Assembly: GCA_016840425.1 (NCBI GenBank)
Contig: JAEOSI010000125.1
Coordinates: 1-6,856, forward strand
Origin: Candidatus Wukongarchaeum yapensis
GTDB taxonomy: Archaea; Asgardarchaeota; Wukongarchaeia; Wukongarchaeales; Wukongarchaeaceae
DNA: 6,856 nucleotides
Direction: 5' to 3'
Shown: piece by piece, positions 5,281 through 6,856 of the stretch
Numbering within the stretch: the first letter of the stretch is position 1
How the letters are laid out: every line of letters begins with the position of its first letter
Notes under the pieces: model-generated
The model's database searches: none
What the model was told of the DNA's origin: nothing
Seen by the model: the letters and a program-made list of their open reading frames with translations, nothing else
Position numbers and translations under genes: made by a program

Positions 5281-5343
5281 AACTTTGAACTACAAAGGTT
5301 TTATCCTGGTTTTCTTCACGGTTGTATGAGCGTTAAGGATTTA

Positions 5344-6081
5344 TTATGCGTATAAAAACTGGGTTGAGGGGCAGAAAAAGCTTATTCTTTTTGTTTTTCC
5401 GGTTTTTTCTTTCATGACCTTTTCTTTACAATGGGGGCATTGGTTTTTTCCATATATTTTAAAGTAAGTTCCAAACTTTTCTCCGTTCTTTATTGCTTTA
5501 TAAAAGAGAATGGAAAATTCTCTGGTTTTAAAAATGAGTTCTTTTAATTTTTCTTCAGGTATTTTTTCTACAATGCTTAAAGGGTGGATTTTTACCATAT
5601 AAAGGACTTCGTTTTTTATTATATTTCCAACCCCTGCAAAAATGTTTTGATCAAGGAGAACGTCGCATATAAGTTTGTTCTTCTTTTGTAAGGTAAGTCT
5701 TAAAACTTTTTCAGAGTTCCATTTTTCTGAATTTACGTCAACTTCTTCGTCATATACTTTTTCCATCTCATTATTGTTAATGATCTTTACAATACCACCG
5801 TAAAAGTTGAATATTCCTTTATTAAAAATTAGGGAAAGTTTAGGTATTGCTCCTTCTTTTTCTTCATTTAACCTATAACTTCCAGCCATAAGAAAATGTA
5901 ATTTTATCGAAAGTGATGGAAATTTTATGAATAAATTCTTACCCCTATTAAAAATGTCTTTAATCTCCTTTCCTTCAATAATTTCCTTTTCTATTTTTGC
6001 GGTACCTGAAGTTGAGATGACTCTTTTCCCTTTTAATTCCGTAAGTGTCTCTGCAATTATCTTAACGAGGGGACCTTCCAT
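5344..6081 (-). CDS. nei: Fpg/Nei-family DNA glycosylase (endonuclease VIII-like) with atypical N-terminus and zinc finger
   Basis: Motifs EGP at the N-terminus, RGKNLF, LHFLMAGSY, H2TH ICDVLLDQNIFAGVGNIIKNEVLY and C-terminal CPHC...TGKTKRISFFCPSTQ. An in-frame TAA six codons upstream of the ATG rules out an earlier start. Confidence 0.9.
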   Translation of the reverse strand: MEGPLVKIIAETLTELKGKRVISTSGTAKIEKEIIEGKEIKDIFNRGKNLFIKFPSLSIKLHFLMAGSYRLNEEKEGAIPKLSLIFNKGIFNFYGGIVKIINNNEMEKVYDEEVDVNSEKWNSEKVLRLTLQKKNKLICDVLLDQNIFAGVGNIIKNEVLYMVKIHPLSIVEKIPEEKLKELIFKTREFSILFYKAIKNGEKFGTYFKIYGKNQCPHCKEKVMKEKTGKTKRISFFCPSTQFLYA

Positions 6082-6103
6082 AGCTTTCTCTTCCCTTTAA
6101 ATA

Positions 6104-6111
6104 TTTATAAA
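6104..6111 (-). promoter_or_regulatory. TATA box TTTATAAA for nei (leaderless spacing)
   Basis: Centred about 26 nt upstream of ATG 6081. Confidence 0.55.
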
Positions 6112-6165
6112 AAATTAGATTATGATAAAACAAGAATACATAATTATAGAAAAGGTAGAAAGTAG

Positions 6166-6177
6166 ACGTAATTACGT
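6166..6177. repeat. Perfect 12-bp palindrome ACGTAATTACGT
   Basis: Read directly; it lies between the pncA stop and the nei promoter. Confidence 0.6.
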
Positions 6178-6186
6178 GGGACGTCG

Positions 6187-6708
6187 TTATGCTATTTCTG
6201 CGCCGTAAATTTTTTCCATATGTTTTAATGCAAAATCGTGGGCTTCGGGGTCGAAGTCTGCTACTCCATTTTTGTATATGACTAGTTTATAGCCTCTTTT
6301 TGCGAGGGAGCTTGAGGTTTCCATTACGCATATGCTTGTGCAAACGCCTACTAGGTGAACTTCTTCTATTTGGTTTTCTTTTAATATTTTTCCAAGATCT
6401 GAATTGTAATACCCGTCATATGTTTTTTTTGGCACGATATAGTCTTCATTCTTTACCTCTAGTTCTTCTATGATTTTTGCTCCTTCAGATCCTGTAACAC
6501 AGTGTTTTCCAAAGAGTTCAAACTCGGGATCATCGGGGTCATGACTGTCTTGGAGGAAAATTATTGGGCTTTTTTCTCGGCGAAACTCGTAGATTTTTTC
6601 TTTTATAAATGGGATGATTTCTTGGGCTCTTTTACCACAGTAAAGAGCGCCATCTTCCCTAATAAAATCGTTAAGCATGTCCACAACGATTAAAGCTTTT
6701 CTGGGCAT
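6187..6708 (-). CDS. pncA: Nicotinamidase/pyrazinamidase (isochorismatase-family cysteine hydrolase)
   Basis: Numbered from ATG 6708 (MPRKALIVVD): catalytic D10, K95, C127 (IVVDMLNDF, PKKTYD, GVCTSIC) and metal ligands D54, H56, H69 (QDSH, KHC). Alternative starts are ATG 6717 and GTG 6723. Confidence 0.85.
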   Translation of the reverse strand: MPRKALIVVDMLNDFIREDGALYCGKRAQEIIPFIKEKIYEFRREKSPIIFLQDSHDPDDPEFELFGKHCVTGSEGAKIIEELEVKNEDYIVPKKTYDGYYNSDLGKILKENQIEEVHLVGVCTSICVMETSSSLAKRGYKLVIYKNGVADFDPEAHDFALKHMEKIYGAEIA

Positions 6709-6856
6709 GATAACCATCCACACATCTCACATCTTTTTCCTAAAAAATAAAAGATATCTGGGTTTTTAAGTTAAATTGTTTAAAGATAGGCGAACTAAGC
6801 TTAGCGGATGAGAGGTTAGCATCTGGGATTTTTTCCTTCTATGAGTTTGGTTCTAC

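Noticed and set aside
6502-6693. ORF 6502-6693 (+)
   Set aside because: Antisense to pncA, which has a full catalytic set.
6187-6708. Functional link between pncA (NAD+ salvage) and the repair genes
   Set aside because: No NAD-consuming repair enzyme is in the window, and nei appears to have its own promoter, so adjacency alone is insufficient.
6795-6856. Palindrome CTAAGCTTAG (6795-6804) and possible gene start ATG 6841
   Set aside because: A 10-bp palindrome is expected by chance, and too little sequence remains to support a CDS.
1-6856. CRISPR array, tRNA, rRNA, IS or integrase, anti-phage defence genes
   Set aside because: No regularly spaced repeats, cloverleaf, rRNA-like sequence or corresponding protein motifs were seen.

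Overview
AT-rich window that looks archaeal: GGTGAT/GGAGG ribosome-binding sites, TATA-like boxes about 25 nt upstream of starts and oligo-T terminators. The lineage cannot be fixed from sequence alone. Left part (1-2580): the 3' end of a DUF92 membrane protein, an unknown 187-aa protein (globular domain, P/Q/A/T linker, C-terminal coiled coil with two RhxxhE trimerisation motifs), a stand-alone NuoC-like subunit and a membrane protein with a zinc ribbon. Right part (2690-6710, more AT-rich, T-ending codons in uvsE): a DNA-repair cluster of translationally coupled uvsE and CPD photolyase converging on an Fpg/Nei glycosylase, followed by a nicotinamidase (pncA). The Nei starts M-E-G-P, so it lacks the canonical catalytic Pro, and it has only three of four zinc-finger cysteines. 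A 47-codon ORF missing from the supplied track (5073-5216, minus strand) has its own RBS and resembles the C-terminal tail of TPP-dependent enzymes. I see no rRNA, tRNA, CRISPR array or transposase. A new multi-gene system cannot be established from this window. The best leads are the atypical Nei in the repair cluster, the TPP-tail mini-ORF, the coiled-coil adaptor-like protein and the orphan nuoC. All family assignments come from recognising motifs by eye, with no database search.
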